Position numbers and translations under genes: made by a program. The notes under the pieces are model-generated. The model saw only the letters and a list, made by a program, of their open reading frames with translations. It had not been told where the DNA came from and made no database searches. From an uncultured Actinomycetes bacterium (GTDB lineage Bacteria > Actinomycetota > Thermoleophilia > Gaiellales > JAICJC01), in contig CAVQXH010000001.1 of NCBI GenBank assembly GCA_963717845.1, positions 45,825 to 109,824 on the forward strand: a DNA stretch of 64,000 nucleotides. The letters run 5' to 3'. This document shows positions 9,690 through 19,391 of the stretch, piece after piece; the first letter of the stretch is position 1, and the number at the start of each line of letters is the position of its first letter.

Positions 9690-10639
9690 TTCCAGGGCAG
9701 CGCGGCCCGCTCCTGCCAGTAGACGACCGGATCGCGCACGATCTCCGCGAGCTCCCGCTCGACATCGGCGGCGCCCGTGACGGCCGTGGCGGTGAGATTG
9801 CTCTCGAGCGCGGCCACCGTGGCGGCGCCGGAGAGGACGACGTCGGCCCAGGGCTGATCGAGCACGACGGCGAGCGCCAGGGCGTCACTGCCCACGCCGC
9901 GGCGGGCGGCGGCCCGCCGCAGCTCGGGGACGTCGCCGCGGTCGGTGAGCCGGCCGTTGGCAAGCGCCTCCTTCACGATCACCCCCAGCCCGGCCGCGTG
10001 GGCCAGGGCGAGCGCCGGGCCGGCCGAGCGCTCGAGCAGGTTCCAGGTCGCCTGCACCGAGTCGAACGCGCCCAGGGACACGGCCCGCTCGATCGTCTCG
10101 GCCTGGCGGGGGCCGGTCACCGTCAGCCCGATCGCGACCCCGTCGCGGCGCAGCCCGGCCAGGGCGTCCATCACCTCCGCGGCCTCGAGGACGCCGCTGT
10201 CGATGGTCGCCGAGTGGATCTGGTAGAGGCCGAGGCGATCGCCGAGCAGGGCCCGCGTCTCGGCCAGCTGCCGCCGCAGGGTCTGCACGGACAGATCCTT
10301 CACCTCGTGCGTGGGGGCGTCGACGCGCCAGCCGGCCGTGTAGGTGTAGCCCCATTTCGACCCGACCGTCACCTCCTCCGGCCGCAGCCCCCGCCGGTCG
10401 AGCCACGAGGCCAGGAACTGCTCCGCGCGGCCGTAGGAGCGGGCGGCGTCCAGGTAGCGGATCCCGCCTGCGAACGCCGCGTCGAGCAGCGCGTGGGCGG
10501 CGGCCTCCATCGCACCGACCTCGCGGCCCGCAGCCACGTCGGTGTGGTGGCCGACGTTGATGTACCCCGGCCGGCCGGCCGCGGCCAGCCCGAGGCCGAT
10601 GCGGGTGACCGCGAGCCCCGACCGGCCGAGCGCACCCAC
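9686..10639 (-). CDS. Aldo/keto reductase
   Basis: C-terminal 317 codons of ORF 9686..12118. It contains AKR-like GIRYLDAARSYGRAEQFLA and LYQIHSA. The GTG at 10639 lies just after the moeA stop (10657). Confidence 0.85.
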   Translation of the reverse strand: MGALGRSGLAVTRIGLGLAAAGRPGYINVGHHTDVAAGREVGAMEAAAHALLDAAFAGGIRYLDAARSYGRAEQFLASWLDRRGLRPEEVTVGSKWGYTYTAGWRVDAPTHEVKDLSVQTLRRQLAETRALLGDRLGLYQIHSATIDSGVLEAAEVMDALAGLRRDGVAIGLTVTGPRQAETIERAVSLGAFDSVQATWNLLERSAGPALALAHAAGLGVIVKEALANGRLTDRGDVPELRRAAARRGVGSDALALAVVLDQPWADVVLSGAATVAALESNLTATAVTGAADVERELAEIVRDPVVYWQERAALPWN

Positions 10640-10656
10640 CGCCGGAGCGGGCGGCC

Positions 10657-11883
10657 TCACCGCAGCGGCAGGTACTCGACCAGCGTGCCGGCGGCCGCGA
10701 CGCCGTCGCCGGCGTCGATCAGCGCGATCGCATCGGCGCCGGAGGCGTGCACGATCATGTGGGAGTCCTGCGGCCCGAGGGGGCGCAGCACCATGCCCTC
10801 GGGCGAGGCAGTGAGCGTGCAGCGCACCGCGTGGTCGCGCACCCGCAGCCGGGCGACGGGCTCGGCCAGCCGGGCGACGGGCCGCTCCTGCACCCGGCCG
10901 TGCTGCATGGCGGCGAGCGCCGGGCGCACGAAGAGCTGGAAGCAGACGATGCTCGAGACCGGGTTCCCGGGCAGCCCGAAGACGAGGGCGCCCTCCGGGG
11001 CCACCCCGAACCAGAGCGGCTTGCCGGGCTTGTGCGCGAGCCGCCAGAACACCTCGCGCACGCCCAGCGCGAGCAGCGCCGGCTTGACGTAATCGTGCGG
11101 GCCGACCGACACGCCGCCCGAGGAGACGACCAGGTCGGCGCTCGCCAGGGCGCGCGCGAACGCCTCCTGCGTGGCCGCGCGGTCGTCGACGACGGTCTCG
11201 CCGATCGTCACGTCGGCACCCGCTTCGCGGGCCTGGGCGACGATGGCGGTGACGTTCGACTCGTAGATCTGGCCCGGTGCGAGCGGCCGTCCCAGCGGGA
11301 CGAGCTCGCTCCCGGTCGCAAGGGCCGCGACGCGCGGGCGGCGGGCGACGGCGACATGGCTCACACCCGTCGCGGAGATCGCGGCCAGGAGGGCCGGACT
11401 CAGGCGCGCCCCGGTTCGCGCGACCGGGTCGCCGGCGCGGACGTCGCCGCCAAGCGCGCGGATGTGGGCGCCCGCCCGCGGCGAGTCGGCCACGAGCGCG
11501 CCGTCGTCCTCGCGCGCGTCCTCGATCGGCACGACGGCGTCGGCCCCGTCGGGGAGCGGAGCCCCGGTGGCGATGCCGGCGGCGGCGCCCGGCGGCAGCG
11601 GCTGCGGCCGGTCGCCTGCGCCCAGCCGGAACGCGATCGGGAGGCTGCCCGCGGCGAGATCGGCGGCCCGCACGGCGTAGCCGTCCATCGCAGAGGTGGC
11701 AAACGGCGGCAGGCTGACCGCGGCCTCGACGTCCGCGGCCAGCACGCGCCCGAGCAGGTCGGCCGCCACCGGGAGCCGCTCGACCGCGAGCGCGGGGGTG
11801 TGCTCGAGGATCAGCCGCAGGCCCTCCTCCGGGCGCAGCAGCGGCGCGCTCTCGACCGGTGCGTGAGCGGCGTCTCGGGCCAT
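10657..11883 (-). CDS. moeA: Molybdopterin molybdenumtransferase MoeA
   Basis: 408-aa ORF with the MoeA signatures SLPPFATSAMDGYAVRA and LVVSSGGVSVGPHDYVK. Confidence 0.9.
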   Translation of the reverse strand: MARDAAHAPVESAPLLRPEEGLRLILEHTPALAVERLPVAADLLGRVLAADVEAAVSLPPFATSAMDGYAVRAADLAAGSLPIAFRLGAGDRPQPLPPGAAAGIATGAPLPDGADAVVPIEDAREDDGALVADSPRAGAHIRALGGDVRAGDPVARTGARLSPALLAAISATGVSHVAVARRPRVAALATGSELVPLGRPLAPGQIYESNVTAIVAQAREAGADVTIGETVVDDRAATQEAFARALASADLVVSSGGVSVGPHDYVKPALLALGVREVFWRLAHKPGKPLWFGVAPEGALVFGLPGNPVSSIVCFQLFVRPALAAMQHGRVQERPVARLAEPVARLRVRDHAVRCTLTASPEGMVLRPLGPQDSHMIVHASGADAIALIDAGDGVAAAGTLVEYLPLR

Positions 11884-11932
11884 GCCCGCATGCTATCCGC
11901 GGCCGGGCGGCGGCTGCCCCCGCCGGAAATCG

Positions 11933-12340
11933 GTGGATACTGGGAGCGTGGACACCGACGCGCCCCACCGGCTCTCGCATTTGCGCGGGTGCGGCTGGTT
12001 CTGGGTCTGGGCGGCCGTCGGCGTCGTCTTCGCGCTCGGCCTCGACGTCGTCTTCCTGCTCCCGGTCGCAGGCCTGTCCGGCCTGATCGTCGGCCTGCTC
12101 CCCGGCAGCCGCCGGCACATCGAGGGGGCCATCACCGGCGCCGGACTGCCGTTCCTCTACGTGGCCTACCTCAACCGGCAGGGCCCCGGAACCGCGTGCT
12201 ACAGCGACGGCGCCGGAGGCGGCGGCTGCGAGGATCTGCTCAACCCGTGGCCATGGCTTGCGATCGGGGTGGCGCTCGTCGTCGTCGGCATCGTGCTCTC
12301 CGAGCGCAACCGGCGCCGGCGCGACGCTCTCAGGCTGTGA
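11933..12340 (+). CDS. Small integral membrane protein, unknown function
   Basis: ORF 11882..12340 with 3-4 hydrophobic segments. The start is uncertain (GTG at 11933 or 11948). Its 3' end overlaps the convergent map gene by 11 nt. Confidence 0.4.
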   Translation: MDTGSVDTDAPHRLSHLRGCGWFWVWAAVGVVFALGLDVVFLLPVAGLSGLIVGLLPGSRRHIEGAITGAGLPFLYVAYLNRQGPGTACYSDGAGGGGCEDLLNPWPWLAIGVALVVVGIVLSERNRRRRDALRL

Positions 12341-13070
12341 GGATGAGCGGGCGGCCGCGGGCGATGACGATCGTGTGCTCGACGTGGGCGGAGCGGCCGC
12401 CGTCGGCGGTGGCCACCGTCCAGCCGTCGCCCGTCTGCCTGGTCGAGCGCGTGGCGGCCGCGACGATCGGCTCGATGGTGATCACGAGCCCCTCCGTGAG
12501 CGTCGGGCCCACCCCGGCGGCGCCGAAGTTGGGCACGCTCGGCGGCTCGTGGATGGTGCGGCCGATGCCGTGCCCGGCCAGCTCGCGCAGAATGCGGAAC
12601 CCGCGCCGCTCGACCTCGCCCTCCACGGCGGCGCCGACCGCGCCCGTCGTGGCGCCGTCACGGGCGATGGCAAGGGCGGCCTGCAGCCCTGCCGCCGCCG
12701 CGTCGCACAGGGCCGCGTCCGCGGCGGCGACCGGGGGCACGGGCACCGTGATCGCCGCGTCGGCCATGTAGCCGTCGAGCTCGGCGGTGACGTCGAGCTT
12801 GACCAGGTCGCCCGGCTCGATCCGGCGCGGGCCGGGGATGCCGTGCACCGCCTCGTCGTTCACGCTGATGCAGGTCACGCCCGGGAAGTCGTAGGCAAGC
12901 TGCGGGGCCGACCGGGCGCCGTGCCGCTGGAACACCCGGGCGGCGGCGCGGTCGAGCTCGGCGGTCGTCGTCCCCGGCCGCACGAGCGCCCGCATGCGGG
13001 CCAGCGACTCGGCGACCACGCGCCCGGCGGCGATCAGCGCGAGCAGGTCCCGGCGCGACCCGATGGACAT
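12330..13070 (-). CDS. map: Type I methionine aminopeptidase
   Basis: 246 codons from the ATG at 13070, preceded by GGAGGAGGAG. Contains MetAP motifs (VNDEAVHGIPG, DVTAELDGYMADAA, HGIGRTIHEPP, ITIEP). Confidence 0.9.
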   Translation of the reverse strand: MSIGSRRDLLALIAAGRVVAESLARMRALVRPGTTTAELDRAAARVFQRHGARSAPQLAYDFPGVTCISVNDEAVHGIPGPRRIEPGDLVKLDVTAELDGYMADAAITVPVPPVAAADAALCDAAAAGLQAALAIARDGATTGAVGAAVEGEVERRGFRILRELAGHGIGRTIHEPPSVPNFGAAGVGPTLTEGLVITIEPIVAAATRSTRQTGDGWTVATADGGRSAHVEHTIVIARGRPLILTA

Positions 13071-13087
13071 CCGCTCCTCCTCCCCGG

Positions 13088-15310
13088 CTAGGTCGTCGGC
13101 GGGCCGGTCGTGGTGGGCGGGGGCGGCGTCGTCGTGCTCGTCGGCGGTGGCGGTCCGCTGCTGCCGCCTCCGGTGGTCGAGCCGCCGCCCTGGCTGCTGC
13201 CACCGCCGCCCTGCCCCTGCTTCTTCTTCTTCGTCGTCGCCACCGGCAGCTGGAACTGTGACGTCCACGGCAGGAACTGGATCGGGTGCAGCGGCTGCAC
13301 CGGCCACGGCGTCGGCGGGAACTTGCTCGGCTGTGACTGGAATGCCGCGGCCGCGAACAGGCGCCAGATGGTGGCCGGGTAGCCGCCGCCGAAGGCCGGC
13401 CCGGGGATCGTCCCGCCCAGGTTGGACATCGAGATCTCGCCCTTCGGATAGCCCACCCACACGCAGGCCGCCAGGGACGGCGTGTAGCCGCAGAACCAGG
13501 CGTCGGTGTGATTGTCGGTCGTGCCTGTCTTGCCGGCCTGCGCCCGGTACGGCAAGCCGGAGATCTGGACGTTCGCGTTCGTGCCGGTGCAGCATGAGTG
13601 CACGTTCGTGTCCAGGTACTGGGTCAGCTGCCAGGTGGCGCCGTCGGGCACCACGCGGTGGCCCTTGTTCTTGGACGGGGACGTCCGGATCGGCTTCTGG
13701 TTGTACGGCACCACCTTGGTGAACGCGAGCAGCGGCCGGCGGACGCCCTGCGCGGCGATCGTGGAGTAGGCGTGCGTCATGTCGAGCGGCGACACGCCGC
13801 CGGCGCCCAGGATCACCGAGGGGGTGGTCGGCAGGTGATCGGACTTGGGGATGCCGAGCTTGTACGCCATCGCGGCGACCTTGTCGGCGCCGATGTCGAT
13901 CGCAAGCCGCGCGTACACGGCGTTCACCGACTGCTCGAGCGCGGTCGAGAGCGGCAGCACCGGTGAGCTGGCCGGCTCGGCGTTCTGCACCGTCCAGAAG
14001 TCGTCCGGGGCGCTGGCGCCGGGGAACAGCGGGTAGTTCGTGAGCGGAGTCGTCGCGTACCTGGTGGTGTTCGGATCGATGTGGTCGTCCACCATGGCGG
14101 CCAGCAGTCCGTACGACTTGAAGGTCGAGCCGGCCTGGCGGCGAGACTGGACGGCCAGGTTGTACTTCGTCTGGCTGTAGTCGGTGGACGACTGCATGGC
14201 CAGGATCTCGCCCGTGCGGGGATCGATCGCAACGAGCGCCGCCGCCGGATGGTTCGGGAAGTTGAGCTCCGACGCCATCGCGGCGTGCGCCTCGGTCTGC
14301 AGCACGGGGTCGATGGTGGTCGTGACCTTGAGCCCGCCGCTGCGCAGCGCGCGGCTGCCGTACCGCTCGCGCAGCTGGTCGCGCACGTACTGGACGAAGT
14401 ACGGCTGGCGGACGCGGGTGAAGTGCTTCGGCGCCTGCAGGCCGAGCCCCGAGGCAACCGCGGTCTGGTACTGCGCGGGGGTGATGTGGCCCTGGGAGAG
14501 CATGGCCAGGAGCACCTCGTCGCGGCGCTGCTTGGCGGCGCCGGGGTGGAGGCGCGGGTTGTACAGGGTCGGCGACTGCGGCAGGCCTGCGATCAGGGCC
14601 GCCTGGCGAATGTTGAGCTGCGAGCAGTGCTCGTTGAAGTACGTCTCTGCCGCCGCCTCGCAGCCGTACGTGACGCCGCCGTAGGAGATCACGTTCAGGT
14701 ACGTGCCGAGGATCTTGTCCTTGGACCAGTGCTCCGCCATCTGGATGGCGAGCCAGGCCTCCTTGATCTTGCGCTGGAACGTCTGCGAGTCGGTCAGGTA
14801 GAGGTTGCGGACGAGCTGCTGCTCGATCGTCGACGCCCCCTGCACGACGTGGCCGGCCTTGAGGTCGTCGAGGAAGGCGCGGGCGATGCCCTGGTAGTCG
14901 ACCCCGCCATGCTCGTAGAAGCGCTTGTCCTCGACGTCAACCGTCGCGATCTTGAGCCACTTGGACATCTGGCTGAACTGCACCGGCGTGCGGTTCTGGA
15001 GCGACGGGATCTGGGCGAGCAGCCTGCCGTGACGGTCGTAGATCTTGGTGGTGACGCCCGGATAGTGGGGCTTCATGGTCTTCAGGTCGACGCCCTTCAG
15101 CACATCGGACACGGCCACCGTCGCGCCGACACCGCCGGCCACGAGGCCGGCGCCGACGACGATCGCGATGACCACGAGCGCGGTCGCGGCCAGCGACCTG
15201 CGACCGCGGCGGCGCTCCTCGGCACGACGCCTGCGCCGGCGCGCGGCGACATGGCCGAGCACGTCGTCGTACGGGTTGCGCGGGGGCGGGACGGGGCCGT
15301 TTGGGTTCAC
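13088..15310 (-). CDS. Class A penicillin-binding protein (transglycosylase/transpeptidase, PBP1A family)
   Basis: GT51 motifs EDKRFYEHGGVD and GASTIEQQLVRN are followed by a transpeptidase domain with STFK. It has an N-terminal TM segment and a Gly/Ser/Thr/Pro-rich tail. The GTG at 15310 overlaps the upstream stop (GTGA). Confidence 0.9.
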   Translation of the reverse strand: MNPNGPVPPPRNPYDDVLGHVAARRRRRRAEERRRGRRSLAATALVVIAIVVGAGLVAGGVGATVAVSDVLKGVDLKTMKPHYPGVTTKIYDRHGRLLAQIPSLQNRTPVQFSQMSKWLKIATVDVEDKRFYEHGGVDYQGIARAFLDDLKAGHVVQGASTIEQQLVRNLYLTDSQTFQRKIKEAWLAIQMAEHWSKDKILGTYLNVISYGGVTYGCEAAAETYFNEHCSQLNIRQAALIAGLPQSPTLYNPRLHPGAAKQRRDEVLLAMLSQGHITPAQYQTAVASGLGLQAPKHFTRVRQPYFVQYVRDQLRERYGSRALRSGGLKVTTTIDPVLQTEAHAAMASELNFPNHPAAALVAIDPRTGEILAMQSSTDYSQTKYNLAVQSRRQAGSTFKSYGLLAAMVDDHIDPNTTRYATTPLTNYPLFPGASAPDDFWTVQNAEPASSPVLPLSTALEQSVNAVYARLAIDIGADKVAAMAYKLGIPKSDHLPTTPSVILGAGGVSPLDMTHAYSTIAAQGVRRPLLAFTKVVPYNQKPIRTSPSKNKGHRVVPDGATWQLTQYLDTNVHSCCTGTNANVQISGLPYRAQAGKTGTTDNHTDAWFCGYTPSLAACVWVGYPKGEISMSNLGGTIPGPAFGGGYPATIWRLFAAAAFQSQPSKFPPTPWPVQPLHPIQFLPWTSQFQLPVATTKKKKQGQGGGGSSQGGGSTTGGGSSGPPPPTSTTTPPPPTTTGPPTT

Positions 15311-16107
15311 GGCGTCGCCACCCCGGTCACGTCCTCTCCGACCATGCCCTCCTCGTGCAGGCGGGTGATGCACCGCTCGCGCAGCGCGGAGGCGGCCACG
15401 GCCGCCTGGGCGGCATCGGGCATCCACACGCCGACCGTGTAGATGGTGCCGTCGGCGGTCACCTCGGCAACGCCGGTGCCGGGCCCCGGGCGCTCGAGCA
15501 GCCGGCCGTCGACCGCGTCGGCCTGCTCGTCGAGGATGGCGCGCACGCGGGCCGGGTCGGCCGTCGCCGGCAGCGTCAGGCGCACCTGGGCCAGCGAGAC
15601 GGGGTCGACGATGGTCAGGTTGGTCACGCGCGAGTTCACGAGCTCCTCGTTGGGGATGAGCACACGGCGGTTGTCCGGCGTGCGCAGCCGGGTGTAGGCG
15701 AGGCCGATGTCCTCGACGGTGCCCTCGGCGTCGCCCACGCTCACGCGGTCGCCCAGCCGCACCGGTTGATTGATCGCGATCATCACCCCGGCTACGAAGT
15801 TTGCCAGGGTTGTGCGCGCGGCGAAACCAACAACCAATCCGAGCACCGCCGAGGACGCGAGCACGGTCTGCGCCGCCGACCGCGTCTGGTCGAACGACCA
15901 CAGCACGATGATCAGCGCCACGAACACGATCACCGCCTCCGACGTGCGCCGCAGGAGCCGGTAGCGGGTGGCGAACACCGCCTGGTCGGCGACGGGCAGG
16001 TGCGACAGCACGCGCGACCCCATCCGCTGCATCACCTGATCGACGATCACGATGATCACGAGCGCGACCGCGAGCACCCCGAGGGCGACCTGCTGGTGGC
16101 TGCTCAC
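15307..16107 (-). CDS. Small-conductance mechanosensitive channel (MscS family)
   Basis: TM helices are followed by the MscS core LANFVAGVMIAINQPVRLGDRVSVGDAEGTVEDIGLAYTRLRTPDNRRVLIPN. The GTG at 16107 overlaps the upstream stop (GTGA). Confidence 0.85.
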   Translation of the reverse strand: MSSHQQVALGVLAVALVIIVIVDQVMQRMGSRVLSHLPVADQAVFATRYRLLRRTSEAVIVFVALIIVLWSFDQTRSAAQTVLASSAVLGLVVGFAARTTLANFVAGVMIAINQPVRLGDRVSVGDAEGTVEDIGLAYTRLRTPDNRRVLIPNEELVNSRVTNLTIVDPVSLAQVRLTLPATADPARVRAILDEQADAVDGRLLERPGPGTGVAEVTADGTIYTVGVWMPDAAQAAVAASALRERCITRLHEEGMVGEDVTGVATP

Positions 16108-16547
16108 CCGGCCGTCCCGACGCGATACGTCAGCCGGCCGCTCGCGAAGTCGAGCAGGCCGACGGTCTGCACGCGGCCGCCCGGACGCGTCTGCCCCGAG
16201 ACTCTCCACACGAGCTTCGCCTTCGCCGTCAGCGGCTGCCTCCCTGCCCCGACGGGGACGCGCAGGTCGGGCACGTACAGCAGGTCGACCCGCTCGGGCA
16301 GCACCGTCGTGCCCGCGAACGCACTCACCGCCAGAGCCCGCGCCTGGGCCGGCGACCCCGCCCGGGCCGAGCCGATGGCGTCCAGCGCATCGAGCATGAA
16401 GTGCCACCCCTGCTGCGGCTGGGTGAGGAAGGTCACGGGCTCGCCGGGGCCGGTGGCGCGACGGGCGAGCTCGGCCGGCCCGTACACGAGCACCGCCGCG
16501 GCCAGCACGGCGATGACCCCCCAGAGCAGGCTGAGCCGTGCGGTCAT
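16104..16547 (-). CDS. Membrane-anchored hypothetical protein
   Basis: 147-aa ORF with one N-terminal hydrophobic helix (LSLLWGVIAVLAAAVLVYG). First gene of the PBP/MscS run. I recognise no family. Confidence 0.45.
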   Translation of the reverse strand: MTARLSLLWGVIAVLAAAVLVYGPAELARRATGPGEPVTFLTQPQQGWHFMLDALDAIGSARAGSPAQARALAVSAFAGTTVLPERVDLLYVPDLRVPVGAGRQPLTAKAKLVWRVSGQTRPGGRVQTVGLLDFASGRLTYRVGTAG

Positions 16548-16666
16548 GCGAGCAGTGTAAATGCTCCGTTGCGGGGGTTCCGGTGATGCGCGGCCGAGCG
16601 AAAATCGAGCCTGCGGCCGACCGAGCGCGCGAGGCCCCCGGGACGGCGCATTAGAATCTCGCGGCC

Positions 16667-17575
16667 GTGCACCGACTCCGCCTGCTGGCCGTGCTGATCC
16701 CGTTGCTCGTCGCCACCGGATGCGGGTTCAAGCCGGAGCCGATCGGCTCGCTGCCGTCGTTTCCGCAGGGGGTCACCGACGGGCTCGGCCGGCGGGTGAC
16801 GGTGCACGCGCAGCCGCGCCGGGTCGTGTCGCTCGACCCCGGGCTGACCGAGACGGCCTATGCGGTCGGCGCCGGGGGTGCGGTCGTCGCCGCGAGCGGC
16901 CGCGAGCAGTATCCGGCGGCGGCCCTGCGGCTGCCGCGCGCCGGGGCGGCGGACGGCTCGCCGAACATCGCCCGCCTGCGCCGGCTGCACCCGGATCTCG
17001 TGCTCGCTCCCAACACCACCTCGGCCGCCGCGGCCGCACACATCTCCCGCAGCGTCGGGGCGCCCGTCTACGTCGCCGGCAACGGCAGCGTCCCCGCGAT
17101 CGAGCACGATGTCGATCAGGTGGGGGCGATGACCGGCGAGGCGGCGGCCGGCCGCGCCCAGGTGCTGCGCATGCAGGCCGACCTGCGCAGGCTGAAGACG
17201 GCGCTCGCCGGCAGCCCGCCCGTGCCCGTGTTCGTCGACGAGGGCTTCTTCTACACCATCCCGCCGGACGGCACCGCGGCCCACCTGCTCGCGCTCGCCG
17301 GCGGCACGAACGTGGCGGCGGGCACGCCCAGCGGCACCCCCTTCCCGGTCGCGCAGCTGCGGGCGGCGGCGCCCCAGGCGTACCTGGCGGTGGCGGGCCG
17401 GGGCGTGACTCTGGCCGGGCTGCGGCGGAGCAGGGCCACCCGGACGCTGCCTGCCGTACGCGACCGCCGCTTCGCGCTCGTCGACGGGGCCGCCCTGACC
17501 GACACCGGCCCCCGGGCCGTGACCGAGGTGCTCGAGCTGGCGCGCCTGCTGCATCCCACGCTGCACATCCCGTGA
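16667..17575 (+). CDS. ABC-transporter periplasmic binding lipoprotein (BtuF/siderophore-binding class)
   Basis: 302-aa ORF with a lipobox LLVATGC. It shows a PBP type 8 pattern (RVVSLDPGLTETAYAVGA..., LHPDLVLA). Confidence 0.7.
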   Translation: MHRLRLLAVLIPLLVATGCGFKPEPIGSLPSFPQGVTDGLGRRVTVHAQPRRVVSLDPGLTETAYAVGAGGAVVAASGREQYPAAALRLPRAGAADGSPNIARLRRLHPDLVLAPNTTSAAAAAHISRSVGAPVYVAGNGSVPAIEHDVDQVGAMTGEAAAGRAQVLRMQADLRRLKTALAGSPPVPVFVDEGFFYTIPPDGTAAHLLALAGGTNVAAGTPSGTPFPVAQLRAAAPQAYLAVAGRGVTLAGLRRSRATRTLPAVRDRRFALVDGAALTDTGPRAVTEVLELARLLHPTLHIP

Positions 17576-18234
17576 CCCGCTACGACGCGGTGCTCCTGGA
17601 CGCGTTCGGGACGCTGATCGACATCGACCAGCCGTACGAGCGGCTGCGCCAGTCGCTGCGGCGGCACCTGGGCGCCGAGGTGTCGGCGGCCGCCGCCGAG
17701 CGGGCGTTTCGCGCCGAGATGACCTACTACGCCGACCACTGCCACGAGGGCGCCGACGCGGCGACGCTGGCCGGGCTGCGCACACGCTGCGCCGCGATCG
17801 TGCTGGCCGAGCTCGGCATCGCCGCCGACCCGGCCGCGGCGGCGGGGCTCCTGATCGACGCGATCGCCTTCCGCGTCTACGCCGACGTCGCCCCGCTGCT
17901 CGCGGGGCTGCAACGCGCCGGCGTGAGTGTGGCGGTGGTCTCGAACTGGGACTGCTCGCTGCCGCAGACCCTGGCGGCGGCGGGCGTCGCGATCCGCCAC
18001 GTCTTCGACTCCGCGACGGCCGGCTCGGCGAAGCCCGACCCGGGCATCTTCCGAACGGCGCTGGCCGCGCTCGGCGTCGAGCCGGCGCGGGCGCTGCACG
18101 TCGGCGACACCGAGGAGACCGACGGCGTCGGCGCGCGGGCGGCGGGCGTCGACGTCCGCATCATCGATCGCGGCGCCGCCGCCGCGGGCCCGGATACGAT
18201 CACCTCCCTGACCGACGTGCTCGCCCTGCTGTGA
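17572..18234 (+). CDS. HAD-superfamily hydrolase
   Basis: The GTG at 17572 overlaps the preceding stop (GTGA). HAD motifs are present: LLDAFGTLID, VVSNWD, KPDPGIF, HVGDTEETD. Confidence 0.8.
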   Translation: MTRYDAVLLDAFGTLIDIDQPYERLRQSLRRHLGAEVSAAAAERAFRAEMTYYADHCHEGADAATLAGLRTRCAAIVLAELGIAADPAAAAGLLIDAIAFRVYADVAPLLAGLQRAGVSVAVVSNWDCSLPQTLAAAGVAIRHVFDSATAGSAKPDPGIFRTALAALGVEPARALHVGDTEETDGVGARAAGVDVRIIDRGAAAAGPDTITSLTDVLALL

Positions 18235-19391
18235 CCGACTCCCCCCGTCGCACGGCCGCCACCACGGCCATCCACGCCGGCAGAGCCCCGGCGCTTCCCG
18301 GCGTCCCCGTGATCTCCCCGGTGCACCGCTCGGTGATCCACGAGTTCGCCGACGCCGACGAGTTCGCCGCGGTCATGGCCGACTCGGAGCGCGGATACCT
18401 GTACAGCCGCATCCGCAACCCGTCCACCGACGAGCTCGCCGCGGTCGTGGCCGAGCTCGAGGGGGCCGAGGCCGGACAGTGCTTCGCCTCGGGGATGGGT
18501 GCGCTCTCCGCCGCCGCCGCCGTGCTGGCGCCGCCCGGGGCCGGCCTCGTCGCGGCGACGCGGATCTACGGCCAGACCCACCACATGGCCACGACCCGGC
18601 CCGACGGACGGCTGGTCGACATCGCCGATCTGGACGCGGTGCGCACGGCGGTGGAGGGTGCGGCGATGCTCGTCGTCGAGACCGTCTCGAACCCGCACCT
18701 GGCCGTCGCCGACCTCCCCGCGCTGGCCGAGATCGCCCATGCCGCCGGGGCGAAGCTCGTCGTCGACAACACGATCGCCACCCCGATCAACTGCCGCCCG
18801 CTCGAGCACGGCGCCGACCTCGTCTTCCACTCCGCGACGAAGTACCTGAACGGCCACTCCGACGTGCTTGCGGGTGTGGCGGCCGGGCCGGCCGGCCTGA
18901 TCGCAGAGCTGGCCGAGCGCTCGCTCGACCTGGGCGCGACCCTCTCCCCCGACTCCGCCTGGCTGGTGCGGCGCGGCATCCGCACGCTGCACCTGCGGCT
19001 CGAGCGGGCATCGGCGAACGCCGCCGCCATCGCCGCATTCCTGCACGGCCACCCGCGGGTGCGCCGGGTGCTCTACCCGGGCCTGGCCTCGCATCCGTCC
19101 CACGCGGTCGCGTGCCGCATCCTGGCCGGCTTCGGCGGCCTCATGACCTTCGAGGTCGAGGGCGGCCGCCCCGGCGGCGAGGCCGTCATGGACCGGGTCG
19201 CGCTGTGCCTGCGGGCGACCAGCCTGGGCGGCGTCGAGACGTGCATCTCGCACCCCGCCTCCACCAGCCACCGCCAGCTCTCGGCGGCGGAGCTCGAGCA
19301 GGCCGGGATCGCCGAGGGCGACCTGCGGCTCACGGTCGGCTGTGAGGGCGTCGACGATCTGATCGCCGACCTGGAGCAGGCGCTTCGTTGA
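18231..19391 (+). CDS. PLP-dependent Cys/Met-metabolism enzyme (cystathionine gamma-synthase/lyase family)
   Basis: 386-aa ORF with the PLP-lysine motif HSATKYLNGHSD. GTGA overlap with the HAD gene. Confidence 0.85.
   Translation: MTDSPRRTAATTAIHAGRAPALPGVPVISPVHRSVIHEFADADEFAAVMADSERGYLYSRIRNPSTDELAAVVAELEGAEAGQCFASGMGALSAAAAVLAPPGAGLVAATRIYGQTHHMATTRPDGRLVDIADLDAVRTAVEGAAMLVVETVSNPHLAVADLPALAEIAHAAGAKLVVDNTIATPINCRPLEHGADLVFHSATKYLNGHSDVLAGVAAGPAGLIAELAERSLDLGATLSPDSAWLVRRGIRTLHLRLERASANAAAIAAFLHGHPRVRRVLYPGLASHPSHAVACRILAGFGGLMTFEVEGGRPGGEAVMDRVALCLRATSLGGVETCISHPASTSHRQLSAAELEQAGIAEGDLRLTVGCEGVDDLIADLEQALR

Noticed and set aside
16548-16666. Cobalamin riboswitch upstream of the BtuF-like binding lipoprotein.
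   Set aside because: There is no B12-box-like element or other conserved riboswitch core in the 120-nt leader.
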